Positions 19,509-29,594 are shown, counted from the stretch's first letter. The stretch: DNA of 64,000 nt from an uncultured bacterium (GCA_937958695.1 CALGNK010000027.1:44-64043); one strand, 5' to 3'. The notes: generated from the letters alone by a model not told the origin. Numbers and translations: made by a program.

Positions 19509-20089
19509 ATCTCCTCCTCTAGCAAAAGATGTTTAAGGACTCCCATAATCCTTTCTATAGGAAGCCCCATTACATTATAATAACATCCCCTTATATACTC
19601 TATAAAATTACTACCATATCCCTGTATAGCATAAGCTCCCGCTTTATCCATATATTCCTCTCTGTTTAAGTAGTTTTCAATATCTTCGTCTTTTAATCTA
19701 CGAAACTTCACTGCAGTGATAACAGCCTCTGAAATCAATCGCTTACTTTTACCATCTATGATAGTAAACCCAGTAATTACTCTATGAATTCTGCCAGACA
19801 GTAACCTTAGCATATCTTTTGCTGAATCTCTCCCAGTAGGCTTTCCAAGTACTAGCCCAGAAATCTCAACTATCGTATCTACACCAAGGACAAAAACTTC
19901 TTTTACCTTTTTACTTATCTCACTAGCCTTTAACATAGAGACTCTCTTTGCAAAAGTTATAGGGTCTTCCCCTAGCAGAGGTTCGGGTTCTTCTATATTA
20001 CTCGGCAATACCTCGAAGTCTATCCCTACCTTATTTAAGAGTTCTATCCTTCTAGGAGAACTAGAGGCTAAAATAAGCTTCGTTTTCAT
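19505..20089 (-). CDS. maf: Maf-family nucleoside triphosphate pyrophosphatase
   Basis: [28 protein letters not shown] and NVMGLP motifs. Confidence 0.95.
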   Translation of the reverse strand: MKTKLILASSSPRRIELLNKVGIDFEVLPSNIEEPEPLLGEDPITFAKRVSMLKASEISKKVKEVFVLGVDTIVEISGLVLGKPTGRDSAKDMLRLLSGRIHRVITGFTIIDGKSKRLISEAVITAVKFRRLKDEDIENYLNREEYMDKAGAYAIQGYGSNFIEYIRGCYYNVMGLPIERIMGVLKHLLLEEEI

Positions 20090-20577
20090 AGTCTTAACTT
20101 CAAAATATAAGAAGATATCATTCCTATAATAATCCCTGTTATGACACCTAAGATGGATAATATAGGGAAAAGATATAGAACATCTTTAGTATTCATAAGG
20201 ATACTCACTGTTAACAACTGCGCTAATATATGCATAAAGGCCCCAAAAGAACTTACAGATATAGGGGAGAGGTCTCTACCCAAAATGCTATAGGCTAATG
20301 ACATCCCAGTTACACTGGCTATAGCACCGCTCAGTGAGATATAAAAAGTTATAGAAAGTAGAGTACCTAGAAAGATAGATAGTATTATAACCCTAGATAT
20401 AGAAAGTAGTAAGCTGTCAATAAATCCATCAGAGTATAGAACCACTACGTTTACTATGTTTGCCAATCCCAATTTTACTCCTGGTACGGGCAATGGGGGC
20501 AAGATACTTTCTATTAATCCTAGTATAAGACCTAATGCCAACATTAGAGATAATCTTACTAGTTTTCTATTTCCCAT
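20086..20577 (-). CDS. Gx transporter / heptaprenyl diphosphate synthase component I-like membrane protein
   Basis: IES.LP...PGVKLGLAN motif and several TMs; ATG 20577 preferred as start. Confidence 0.85.
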   Translation of the reverse strand: MGNRKLVRLSLMLALGLILGLIESILPPLPVPGVKLGLANIVNVVVLYSDGFIDSLLLSISRVIILSIFLGTLLSITFYISLSGAIASVTGMSLAYSILGRDLSPISVSSFGAFMHILAQLLTVSILMNTKDVLYLFPILSILGVITGIIIGMISSYILKLRL

Positions 20578-21595
20578 ACAATCTAAACCTATCCTTAAGA
20601 TTATCAGACACAAAGACATTACCTTTTGAATCCACTATTACAACACCTATACCTAATTCCTCGGCTAAGTACAAACCTTCCTTGGGACCCAATACAAATA
20701 TAGCTGTAGACAGAGCATCCGCCTCAACTGCACTTTTACTTACAACGGTAACACTTTTACAGAATTTTGAAGGATACCCAGTTTTAGGATCCAATAGATG
20801 ATGATATTTAACCCCATCCTTCATAAAATAACGTTCATAATCACCAGAAGTGGCAACTGCCAAACCAGACTCCAGATAGAGAACTCCAAGGATATCCTTA
20901 TTTCCAGTAGGATCTTTTATACCTATCCTCCATACCCTCTTAGGATCCTTCTCCACTGTTTTTATCGTTCCACCTGCGTTTATAATAGCTCTCTTTACAC
21001 CTTTATTCTTTAAAAACTCATAGACCTTGTCTACAGCATAACCTTTTGCTATCCCTCCAAGGTCTAAGAACATTCCTTTCTTGACTAGTTCTACTTTTGA
21101 ATCATATATCTTTATATCTTTGTAATTTACTAACTTTAACTTATCTTTTATTTCCCTATCATCAGGAACCCTATAATTACCATCTGTAAAGCCCCACTCT
21201 CTAGTTAAAGCACCTATAGTTATATCAAATGCCCCTTTAGTAAGCTCTGATATTCTTATCGACTCTTTTAATAACTCTAATGTGTCTTCTGAAATCTTTA
21301 CAGGGTTTATACCTGCAGAAATATTAATCTTAGCTATATCACTTGAGCTAATATTTACATCAAACTTATTCTGCAGAGATTGCATTATCTCTATCCCTTC
21401 ATTTGCTATCAAATCCTTTTTACAAGTATCCTCTATCTCTATAGTTACTAATGTATCCATCAAAAAGGCTGTTACCTTGGTAATTTTAGGGAATAGTTCC
21501 GTATACCTCCAATATAAAACTAAAACTATTAGTACTCCTACTATTACAATAAAAAAGCTTTTTATACGACGAGGTGCATAACATGGACTGGACAC
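20567..21595 (-). CDS. apbE: FAD:protein FMN transferase ApbE (start uncertain)
   Basis: MDT, GAFDITIG, DLGGIAKGYAVD, ATSGDYER, HHLLDPKTGYP and ADALSTA motifs; N-terminal TM. Confidence 0.93.
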   Translation of the reverse strand: MSSPCYAPRRIKSFFIVIVGVLIVLVLYWRYTELFPKITKVTAFLMDTLVTIEIEDTCKKDLIANEGIEIMQSLQNKFDVNISSSDIAKINISAGINPVKISEDTLELLKESIRISELTKGAFDITIGALTREWGFTDGNYRVPDDREIKDKLKLVNYKDIKIYDSKVELVKKGMFLDLGGIAKGYAVDKVYEFLKNKGVKRAIINAGGTIKTVEKDPKRVWRIGIKDPTGNKDILGVLYLESGLAVATSGDYERYFMKDGVKYHHLLDPKTGYPSKFCKSVTVVSKSAVEADALSTAIFVLGPKEGLYLAEELGIGVVIVDSKGNVFVSDNLKDRFRLYGK

Positions 21596-22356
21596 TTTTC
21601 AACACAGGCTCCACAGGCTATACACTTCTCCTGGTCTATCACAGGCCAATTGTTCTCCATCTTTATTGCCCCAACAGGACAAACCCTTGCACACATCCCA
21701 CACTTTATACATCCTGCACTACATACCTTTCTAGTATCTCTCCCAGATAGCTCTCTAGCATTGCAGGCTACTATGACCTTGGTATTTTTTGGTACTAGGG
21801 CAAAGAGATGTCTAGGACAGACCTGAACACAGATACCGCAGGTCTTACATTTGAGATAATCTATCTTCGGAAGTCCATCCTCTCCCATACTTAGGGCAGA
21901 GAACGGACAACTTTTAACACAGGTTCCTCCTCCAAGACAACCATAAGGGCATGAGATATCACCACCCCATAAGATAGAACGTATATTACAGTCCTCTATA
22001 CCCATATAGTCAAATTTTCTAATAGCTTTATCCCTTGTCCCAGAACAGAATAATACTAGCTTTGTTTCCTGAAGAGAAGGGGCTTCCAAGCCAAGAATAG
22101 AAGCTATCTCTCTTGCGGTGCTTTCTCCTCCTACCGGACAACTATTTACAGGTGCATCCCCTCTGTATATTGCCTCTGCTAATCCATCGCATCCAGGATA
22201 TCCACATGCACCACAGTTAGTCCCAGGGAGAGCCTCTCTAATTCTCTTTTGTAACTCTGAAGTTTCAACATAGAAGACCTTGTGAGCTAAAGAGAGTAAA
22301 GTTCCAACCCCTGCACCAATTACTCCTAATATTAAAGTAGGCACCAGTATGTTCAT
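21562..22356 (-). CDS. rnfB: RnfB-like membrane-anchored polyferredoxin
   Basis: N-terminal TM, LPGTNCGACGYPGC, CPVGG and multiple CxxCxxCxxxCP motifs. Confidence 0.88.
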   Translation of the reverse strand: MNILVPTLILGVIGAGVGTLLSLAHKVFYVETSELQKRIREALPGTNCGACGYPGCDGLAEAIYRGDAPVNSCPVGGESTAREIASILGLEAPSLQETKLVLFCSGTRDKAIRKFDYMGIEDCNIRSILWGGDISCPYGCLGGGTCVKSCPFSALSMGEDGLPKIDYLKCKTCGICVQVCPRHLFALVPKNTKVIVACNARELSGRDTRKVCSAGCIKCGMCARVCPVGAIKMENNWPVIDQEKCIACGACVEKCPVHVMHLVV

Positions 22357-22359
22357 AGA

Positions 22360-24114
22360 TTATTCCTCCTTTTTCACCAAGATGCCAAGCTCGTCTAGTT
22401 GTCTATCTTCTACATCCGAAGGAGCCTCTGTCAAAGGACAAAAGGCACTCTGTGTCTTTGGAAATGCAAGAATCTCTCTTATACTCTCTTCACCTGCCAT
22501 AATAGCAATTATCCTATCTAACCCTAGAGCTATACCACCGTGAGGTGGCGCTCCATAAGAAAGAGCCTCTAATAAGAAACCAAACTTTTTATAAGAGGTA
22601 GCTTCATCTAACCCTAGAATAGAGAATATCTTCTTTTGCATCTCCGGTTCACTATTTCTTATGCTACCACTTCCAAGCTCTACACCATTTAGAACTAGGT
22701 CATACGCATTTGCCCTTACCTTTAGAGGATCGACGTCTAAAAGGTTAATATCTTCTCTCTTAGGGGAGGTGAATGGATGATGTTCAGCCTCTATCCTGTT
22801 TTCTTCCTTATTAAATGAAAATAGTGGAAAATCTACTATCCAGACAAAGGCATACTGGACATTTGGTTGAAAGAATCTCTTATTTACTTCCAGTCTAAAT
22901 CTTCCCATCGTCTCCCTTGCAACCTTAGGTTCATCAGCTATAAATAGTAGCAAGTCTCCATCTGTAGCGCCTGTAAGCTTCTTTAATTCCTCTATAATGC
23001 CATCACTTAATAGTTTAACAAATGGTCCTCTAAGTTCCTCTTGAAGACTAAGCCAAGCCAGACCCTTTGCACCAAGAGCCTTAGCAGACTCAGTTAATTC
23101 ATCTATAACCTTTCTTGTTATATCTTGTCCCTTTGGTATCTTTAGGGCTATCACTTCTTTGCCCTGGAAAGGAGGAAATGGGATAAGATTTGCTACGCTA
23201 GACACATCATAGAGAATTGTATCATATCTAAGATCAGGTTTATCTGTCCCATACTTAATATAAGCCTCTTGATATGACATCCTGGGAAATGGTAAAGAAA
23301 GTTCTACATTCAAAACCTCTTTAAACATTGAATACATAAGGCCTTCTACTATACTAAAAATATCTTCCTCATCTATAAACGAAGCTTCTATATCTATCTG
23401 AGTAAACTCTGGCTGTCTATCAGCTCTGAGGTCTTCATCCCTAAAACATCTGGCTATCTGGAAATATCTATCTATACCTGCCACCATAAGCATCTGTTTA
23501 AAGAGTTGAGGTGATTGAGGTAGGGCATAGAACTTTCCCTTATGAATCCTACTAGGAACTAGGTAATCCCTAGCTCCTTCAGGAGTACTCCTAGTAAGTA
23601 TAGGCGTCTCTACCTCCCAAAAACCGTTATTAGAAAGATACCTTCTAACTGTCTGCGTAGCTTTATGTCTTAACTCTATATTTTTCTGGAGCCTTGGTCT
23701 TCTTAGGTCTAAGAATCTATATTTCAACCTGATATATTCATCAACCTTCTCTTCTTCATTGACATTGAAAGGTAAGGTCTTAGATTTAGAGAAGACCTTT
23801 ATTTTATCTACTAAGACCTCAATCTCTCCAGTAGAGATCTTTGGATTCTCAGAACCAGTAGGTCTTCTAACTATCTGACCCCTTACTCCTATAACCCATT
23901 CATTCTTTAACTCTTGGGCTATATCGAAGGCATCTTTACTATGTACCGGATCAAAAACAAGCTGTATAATACCAGTTCTATCCCTTAGGTCTATAAATAT
24001 TAACCCTCCGTGGTCTCTACGTCTATGAACCCACCCATTTAAAGCTACCTCTTTTCCAATATCCTTTACTCCGAAATTTCCACAGTAATCTGTCCTTTTA
24101 AACTCTTTCTCCAA
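22360..24114 (-). CDS. aspS: Aspartate--tRNA ligase (probably non-discriminating Asp/Asn type)
   Basis: RDHGGLIFIDLRD, STPEGARDY, LPQSPQLFKQ, FRDEDLRADRQPEF and PPHGG motifs. The His in RDHGG is typical of non-discriminating AspRS. Confidence 0.97.
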   Translation of the reverse strand: MEKEFKRTDYCGNFGVKDIGKEVALNGWVHRRRDHGGLIFIDLRDRTGIIQLVFDPVHSKDAFDIAQELKNEWVIGVRGQIVRRPTGSENPKISTGEIEVLVDKIKVFSKSKTLPFNVNEEEKVDEYIRLKYRFLDLRRPRLQKNIELRHKATQTVRRYLSNNGFWEVETPILTRSTPEGARDYLVPSRIHKGKFYALPQSPQLFKQMLMVAGIDRYFQIARCFRDEDLRADRQPEFTQIDIEASFIDEEDIFSIVEGLMYSMFKEVLNVELSLPFPRMSYQEAYIKYGTDKPDLRYDTILYDVSSVANLIPFPPFQGKEVIALKIPKGQDITRKVIDELTESAKALGAKGLAWLSLQEELRGPFVKLLSDGIIEELKKLTGATDGDLLLFIADEPKVARETMGRFRLEVNKRFFQPNVQYAFVWIVDFPLFSFNKEENRIEAEHHPFTSPKREDINLLDVDPLKVRANAYDLVLNGVELGSGSIRNSEPEMQKKIFSILGLDEATSYKKFGFLLEALSYGAPPHGGIALGLDRIIAIMAGEESIREILAFPKTQSAFCPLTEAPSDVEDRQLDELGILVKKEE

Positions 24115-25357
24115 TTATAGATACCTCCAATTTATCCAAACCTATCTCTTCCTGTTCTCCTGTAGTCATATCTTTAAGAATAACTTTATCATTGGCTAAA
24201 AGATCTTCTCTCATTATTATAGACTTCTTAGCCTTACTTCTATCCGCCTCTTTAAGCTGAGATTTCAAATTTTTAGCTGTATAGCTTATTTCCACTATAA
24301 AACCTTGATCTCTTAAGAGTTTACTAAGCATTATAGCCTTAGTAACTAGAATAACATCGTAGATAATAAAATAATCTGGAACATCTTCTTCCTCAATCAG
24401 GAGTCCTCTATCCCGAAGGATATTTACAAGTCTCTCCATACCAATTGCAAAACCTATCCCTGGTAAATCAGGACCTCCTAAATCTTTTATAAGCCCATCA
24501 TATCTTCCTCCTCCCCCAATAGATAGATCAAGTCCAGATACAGTTACCTCAAATGTTGTTTTCGTATAATAATCCAAACCTCTAACTAATCTAGTGTCCA
24601 GAATATATCTAACATCAAGAGAGTCTAAAACAGATCTTACATTTTCAAAATGTACTCTACAGTCATTACATAGATAGTCTAATATAGAAGGGGCTTTTAC
24701 AACTACTCTCTTACATCCTTCAACCTTGCAGTCAAGTATCCTAAGAGGATTATTTTCTAGTCTAACTTTGCAATCCTCACATAATTCATCTAAATATGGG
24801 GTAAAAAACTCTCTTAGGGCTTTAGAATATTCCGATCTACATTTAGGACATCCTACACTATTTAGTAGCAGGATGGTATCATTTAACCCTAGCTCCTTAA
24901 AGAATTCAAGTAAAAGTATTATTACTTCTACATCTAAAATGTATGATGACTCTCCTAAAGCCTCTATACCTATTTGATGGAACTCTCTCTGTCTACCAGC
25001 TTGAGGTCTGTCATATCTAAACATGTCTCCTATATAGTAGAATTTAGCAACCTTTCCAGGCACATAAAGGTTATTCTCCAGAAATGCTCTTACAACAGGA
25101 GCAGTACCTTCTGGTCTTAGAGCTACAAGCCTATCTCCTCTATCCTTAAAGACATACATCTCTTTTCTAACTATGTCGCTCTCTTCCCCAACAGTTCTGA
25201 CAAACATCTCTGCAGGTTCTATTATAGGAGTCTCTATCTCCTTATAGTTATACCTTCTAAACAGTTCTCTAGCTTTATCTTCTATTCTTCTCCAACTTTT
25301 AACTTCTTCAGGGAGTATATCCCTAACTCCTCTAAGCGATGTATATTTTGGCTTCAT
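24098..25357 (-). CDS. hisS: Histidine--tRNA ligase
   Basis: LRPEGTA, FRYDRPQAGR.REFHQ, LVRGLDYY and GGGRYD motifs. Confidence 0.97.
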   Translation of the reverse strand: MKPKYTSLRGVRDILPEEVKSWRRIEDKARELFRRYNYKEIETPIIEPAEMFVRTVGEESDIVRKEMYVFKDRGDRLVALRPEGTAPVVRAFLENNLYVPGKVAKFYYIGDMFRYDRPQAGRQREFHQIGIEALGESSYILDVEVIILLLEFFKELGLNDTILLLNSVGCPKCRSEYSKALREFFTPYLDELCEDCKVRLENNPLRILDCKVEGCKRVVVKAPSILDYLCNDCRVHFENVRSVLDSLDVRYILDTRLVRGLDYYTKTTFEVTVSGLDLSIGGGGRYDGLIKDLGGPDLPGIGFAIGMERLVNILRDRGLLIEEEDVPDYFIIYDVILVTKAIMLSKLLRDQGFIVEISYTAKNLKSQLKEADRSKAKKSIIMREDLLANDKVILKDMTTGEQEEIGLDKLEVSIIGERV

Positions 25358-25395
25358 AAAACTACAATATCCTCCATAAATAATCTACTGAGATA

Positions 25396-25809
25396 TTATA
25401 ACACATTCCTAGGATTGCTAGGTGGATAGAGAGTTTGACCTGAAGTACTATCTTCAACCTCTACTCCTCTTGGAACAGCTAAAAAAACATAATCTCCAAC
25501 TTTCTGTAAATTCCCTTCCAAGGCATATACTGCACCGCTTACAAAATCTAAAGCCCTTACTGCTTCACTTCTATCAGCAGATTCAAAATTAACCACTACT
25601 ATCTTACCTGCCTTAACTTCATCTATAACCCTTCTAACTTCATCATAGTTATTCAGTCCATATATAAATACAGTAACCGTTTCTCGCTCCTTAGAAGATA
25701 TAGAAAATATACCTTTACGGATCTTTTTATCTGACTCTAAATCAAGGAAATCTTCTTCTTCGTCTATAATTCCAAACATCCTCTTAAAAAAATTTCCTAT
25801 TCTAGACAT
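25396..25809 (-). CDS. sepF: Cell division protein SepF
   Basis: VVVNFE...A.RALDFVSGAVYALEG.LQKVG..VFL.VP core; amphipathic N-terminus; AGGAGG RBS. Confidence 0.92.
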   Translation of the reverse strand: MSRIGNFFKRMFGIIDEEEDFLDLESDKKIRKGIFSISSKERETVTVFIYGLNNYDEVRRVIDEVKAGKIVVVNFESADRSEAVRALDFVSGAVYALEGNLQKVGDYVFLAVPRGVEVEDSTSGQTLYPPSNPRNVL

Positions 25810-25847
25810 ATTCCCCTCCTATCAAAGAGATAAAACCTTAATAAAAG

Positions 25848-25856
25848 ATTATAGCA
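25848..25856 (-). promoter_or_regulatory. Internal extended -10 promoter element upstream of sepF
   Basis: TGcTATAAT on the minus strand, in one of the few intergenic gaps of the long run. Confidence 0.5.
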
Positions 25857-25868
25857 CTACTAATATTT

Positions 25869-27041
25869 TTAATCTACAAACAAAAGCTCACCTTTATTTA
25901 TATTATCTATAACTACCTCCTTCTCATTCCCTCCCAAGATATCAACGAATCTTTTCTCTATAGAGTTACTGTTAACTACATAGACAAAGTATCTATCCCC
26001 TTCTTGTTTTATCAGACTTTTAGGCACTACTAAACCCTCTATAGTTCCGACATTTATATTTAATGAAACATACTTTGGTCCTATATAGTAAGAACTCTTT
26101 ATCTTACATAACCACAGCTCCTTAGGATACTTACTTATCCATTTGATAAATTCGATACTTACACCTTTTCCATCTAAATTTAACTTATAATTATTATGCT
26201 CAATAGGGGATTTACCATCAAGGGATACTTCAAGAAGGATGAATTGTTCCAAGTTATCGATAACCTTAGCAATAACTTCTCCCTTTCTAACAGAATCACC
26301 ATCATTTATAACTTTAGATTCCTTTAGAAGGGAATCTACATTTATATTATCTCCAACTCCTTTTTCTATTATAGTACTTCTTACATCCTCCCTGCTATCT
26401 ATGCTAAAAGAAACTAACCCCGAAGTATCAGATATTACTTTGATATTAGAGGATATTGCATTCTGCCTCAAACTGGCCAGTTTACTTAACTTTTCTTCTT
26501 TTAATACCTTTAGCTCCTTTGTTAAATTTGTTATTTCACCCTTTAAAGAATTAATTCTGCTATTTAACTCACCAATTCTAATCAAAACTTCAGCAATGTC
26601 CTGTTTATTTGCAACTAGACTGTTTAGGAGTTTACTCTCTTTATTTAAATCATTATAAATCTCTTCTATCTTTTTTTTCTTATCTGTTATTACATTATTC
26701 TTTTCCTTTATAATGTCATCATAGTAAGATATTACACTATCAACCTCTCTGGTATAATTTTTATAATCCTCAGTAGTTGGAAAGATAATAGCTATAGTAT
26801 CCCCTTTTGCTATCCTTGTAGAATTATCCTTCACCCTCATTATTATCCCGCTTACTGGACTTTCTATAACCCTTTCTCTATAGAGCACCACCCCCTTAGC
26901 ACTAACAATCCTTTGAATAGTCTGAGAGGAAGGAGAAAATGTCTCTAGGGTATACTCCCATACATTAGGTTGAACAAAGCATATATAAGCAATTATACCG
27001 ATAAAGATTCTAGTCAATGTAGTCTTAAATATTCCTTTCAT
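25869..27041 (-). CDS. HlyD/membrane-fusion-like protein (TM, lipoyl-like halves, long coiled coil)
   Basis: N-terminal TM, IESPVSG, coiled coil, SDTSGLVSF.ID, G..VRKGE and GLVVPKS. Similar genes precede sepF in Firmicutes. Confidence 0.65.
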   Translation of the reverse strand: MKGIFKTTLTRIFIGIIAYICFVQPNVWEYTLETFSPSSQTIQRIVSAKGVVLYRERVIESPVSGIIMRVKDNSTRIAKGDTIAIIFPTTEDYKNYTREVDSVISYYDDIIKEKNNVITDKKKKIEEIYNDLNKESKLLNSLVANKQDIAEVLIRIGELNSRINSLKGEITNLTKELKVLKEEKLSKLASLRQNAISSNIKVISDTSGLVSFSIDSREDVRSTIIEKGVGDNINVDSLLKESKVINDGDSVRKGEVIAKVIDNLEQFILLEVSLDGKSPIEHNNYKLNLDGKGVSIEFIKWISKYPKELWLCKIKSSYYIGPKYVSLNINVGTIEGLVVPKSLIKQEGDRYFVYVVNSNSIEKRFVDILGGNEKEVVIDNINKGELLFVD

Positions 27042-28549
27042 ATCTCGATAAACTCTATTGGCCTAAATGGAGTAAACGCACTCCTTAACAAAGTTTTTAA
27101 ATCCCTATCTATAATTAATGGTAATAAACTTCTACCTCCTTTAGAGAGTGCCATTTCCAAAAGAGATTCCCTAATACTGGCAATAGTAACCTTAATCCTC
27201 TCTCCTCTAAGTATATCTATAACCTGCCTCTTCTGTTCTTCTAACTCTTTTCTAGTAATAGAATTGTATGAGGCAAGTGGGGTAAAAGGTTTTGGAATAA
27301 GGGGTTGAAAATTAAAAGACACATTTGTCTTATAATACTTTAAGAGTTTATCAATTTTTTCTTTAAAATTCTTTAATGAGCTAATCTCTAAGTCGTAGTC
27401 TCCATAACCGAATATCATATAAAACTTTATATTCTTAAATCCAAGTTTAAAGGATGTTTCAAGTACATCTAATAACTTTTCATTACTCTCCCTTTTACCA
27501 ATAGAAAATCTTATATCCTCGTTTATAAATTCTGGGGCTAAGGTTATAGAAGTTTCTCCTGCCAATCTTAAGAGCTCAAGAAACTCTTCGTCCAAGGTTG
27601 ATATTCTTAGGGATGCAACGCTTACCTTCATTCCTTCTTCTATCAACCATCTAAGTAGGTCTTTTATATAAGGAACACCACCTACTAGTGGACCCATAAG
27701 TCCAACCTTTGAATAGATATCCCTATAGCAAGATATAAGTCTCTTTACAACCTCTATAGATTTTATCCTGCAGGGAAGGTATATATTTCCTGCAACACAA
27801 AACTTACAACCCATCGGACAACCTCTCTCTATCTCTATGAGGAACATATCACCAAAAACCGTATCTACAGATCTTACACAACTGTAAGCGGTTTCTCTAT
27901 CAAAATCTTTAAAGACCCTTCTCTTTATCTTCCTAGGCAAACCTTCAACTATGGGTTTTCCGTCAGAGTAGAATCTTGGTATATAAATACCTTCTATGTT
28001 GGCAAAAGATAATAAGAGTTCTTCCCTTGACTTTACCGAGTCTTTAACTTCTATATACCTATTAAGGATCTCTATTATAGCATCTTCTCCTTCTCCTATA
28101 AGAATAAGATCAAAGACATCTGCCAATGGTTCAGGATTATATGTTAGACAGATACCTCCTCCTACTACTAGTGGACAGGAAAGCTCTCTCTCTTTAGCTA
28201 GTATAGGAATAGAAGACCTTTTAAGGATTTCTATTACGTTAAAATAATCTAATTCGTAAGAGAGAGAAACGCCTAAGACATCATATTCATCTATATTCTT
28301 AAGGGATTCTATAGAGACAGGAGGAAGGTCTCCTTGGGGAAGAAATATCCTATGACAGGAGAAATATGGATTTTCATTAATAAGCCTATATAGTAGGTGT
28401 AGGGCAAGACTTGACATCCCTACACTGTAAGAATTAGGGTATACTAAACCAAAAGAATACTCCTTTACCTTAGGTTTTAAACCTACCTCTTTCTCCCTTA
28501 TCTTCTCTATATAACTTCTATACTTCCAGTTAATAGACGTAGTAGATAT
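27038..28549 (-). CDS. B12-binding-type radical SAM protein, paralog of TIGR03960 (start uncertain: ATA 28549, ACG 28540 or ATT 28534; first ATG 28417)
   Basis: RGCPMGCKFC, SYELDY, NPEP, IGEGE, TLAPE and PKPFTP motifs. The upstream in-frame LVYPNSYSVGMSSL matches LAFPDTYEVGMSNL of the paralog. Confidence 0.85.
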   Translation of the reverse strand: MSTTSINWKYRSYIEKIREKEVGLKPKVKEYSFGLVYPNSYSVGMSSLALHLLYRLINENPYFSCHRIFLPQGDLPPVSIESLKNIDEYDVLGVSLSYELDYFNVIEILKRSSIPILAKERELSCPLVVGGGICLTYNPEPLADVFDLILIGEGEDAIIEILNRYIEVKDSVKSREELLLSFANIEGIYIPRFYSDGKPIVEGLPRKIKRRVFKDFDRETAYSCVRSVDTVFGDMFLIEIERGCPMGCKFCVAGNIYLPCRIKSIEVVKRLISCYRDIYSKVGLMGPLVGGVPYIKDLLRWLIEEGMKVSVASLRISTLDEEFLELLRLAGETSITLAPEFINEDIRFSIGKRESNEKLLDVLETSFKLGFKNIKFYMIFGYGDYDLEISSLKNFKEKIDKLLKYYKTNVSFNFQPLIPKPFTPLASYNSITRKELEEQKRQVIDILRGERIKVTIASIRESLLEMALSKGGRSLLPLIIDRDLKTLLRSAFTPFRPIEFIEI

Positions 28550-28563
28550 CTACCTCTCTATGC

Positions 28564-29592
28564 TCACTTCCTTAAGAATGGAGGTATGTCTAAGGCATCT
28601 AAAGAAACTTTAGATAACTCAATTCCCTCTTTCTTTAATGTCCTTCTAACCTTAGAGTCAAAACCTGTAGCTATTACTGTCACCTTTATCTTTCCTTCCA
28701 TCTTTTCATCTATGACTGCTCCAAACTTTATGTTAGCATCGCTATCTGCTACTTTAGATATTACCTCTGCCGCTTCATAAACCTCTGTTAGAGTAAGGTC
28801 TGGACCACCCGTAACATTGAATAGTATCCCTTTAGCTCCATCAATCTTATCTTCAAGGAGAGGATTTGATATAGCCTTAGAAGCAGCTTCCGTTGCCCTC
28901 TGCTCTCCAGAAGCTTCTCCTATTCCCATTATAGCAGACCCTGAATTTTCCATAATAGTCCTTACATCTGCAAAGTCTGGATTTATGATACCTGGAGTTA
29001 CAATAATGTCTACTATACCTTGAACACCTGCCTTAAGAACCTCATCAGCCATTTTAAAGGCTTCTATCATAGTAGTAGTTTTGGTACTTATAGAAAGAAG
29101 CTTATCATTAGGAATCACAATAAGTGCATCTACTTTACCTTTCAGCTCTTCTATGGCTTTCTCCGCAACTAACATCCTCCGCCTTCCTTCAAAAGAGAAT
29201 GGTTTAGTAACTATGGCTACAGTAAGAATCTTAGCCTCTTTCGAAAGTTGTGCAATAATCGGAGAAGCTCCACTTCCAGTTCCTCCACCCATACCTGCAG
29301 TAATAAATACCATATTAGCTCCTTCTATAGCTAGCATTATATCCTCTTTGCTTTCCTCTGCAGCCTGTCTTCCAATCTCAGGGTCAGCACCAGCTCCTAA
29401 TCCTTTCGTAAGTTCTGCACCTATCTGTATCTTTCTCTCCGCCTTAGAACGGCTCAGAACTTGTAAATCTGTATTTACTGCTATAAACTCTACCCCCTTA
29501 AGACCGGACTCTATTATCCTATCTACCGCATTTACTCCCCCACCACCAACACCTATGACCTTTATAGTTGCAGGGCTATTCGTATCACTCAT
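28564..29592 (-). CDS. ftsZ: Cell division protein FtsZ
   Basis: [18 protein letters not shown] tubulin motif and C-terminal LDIPPFLR. Confidence 0.98.
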   Translation of the reverse strand: MSDTNSPATIKVIGVGGGGVNAVDRIIESGLKGVEFIAVNTDLQVLSRSKAERKIQIGAELTKGLGAGADPEIGRQAAEESKEDIMLAIEGANMVFITAGMGGGTGSGASPIIAQLSKEAKILTVAIVTKPFSFEGRRRMLVAEKAIEELKGKVDALIVIPNDKLLSISTKTTTMIEAFKMADEVLKAGVQGIVDIIVTPGIINPDFADVRTIMENSGSAIMGIGEASGEQRATEAASKAISNPLLEDKIDGAKGILFNVTGGPDLTLTEVYEAAEVISKVADSDANIKFGAVIDEKMEGKIKVTVIATGFDSKVRRTLKKEGIELSKVSLDALDIPPFLRK

Positions 29593-29594
29593 TA

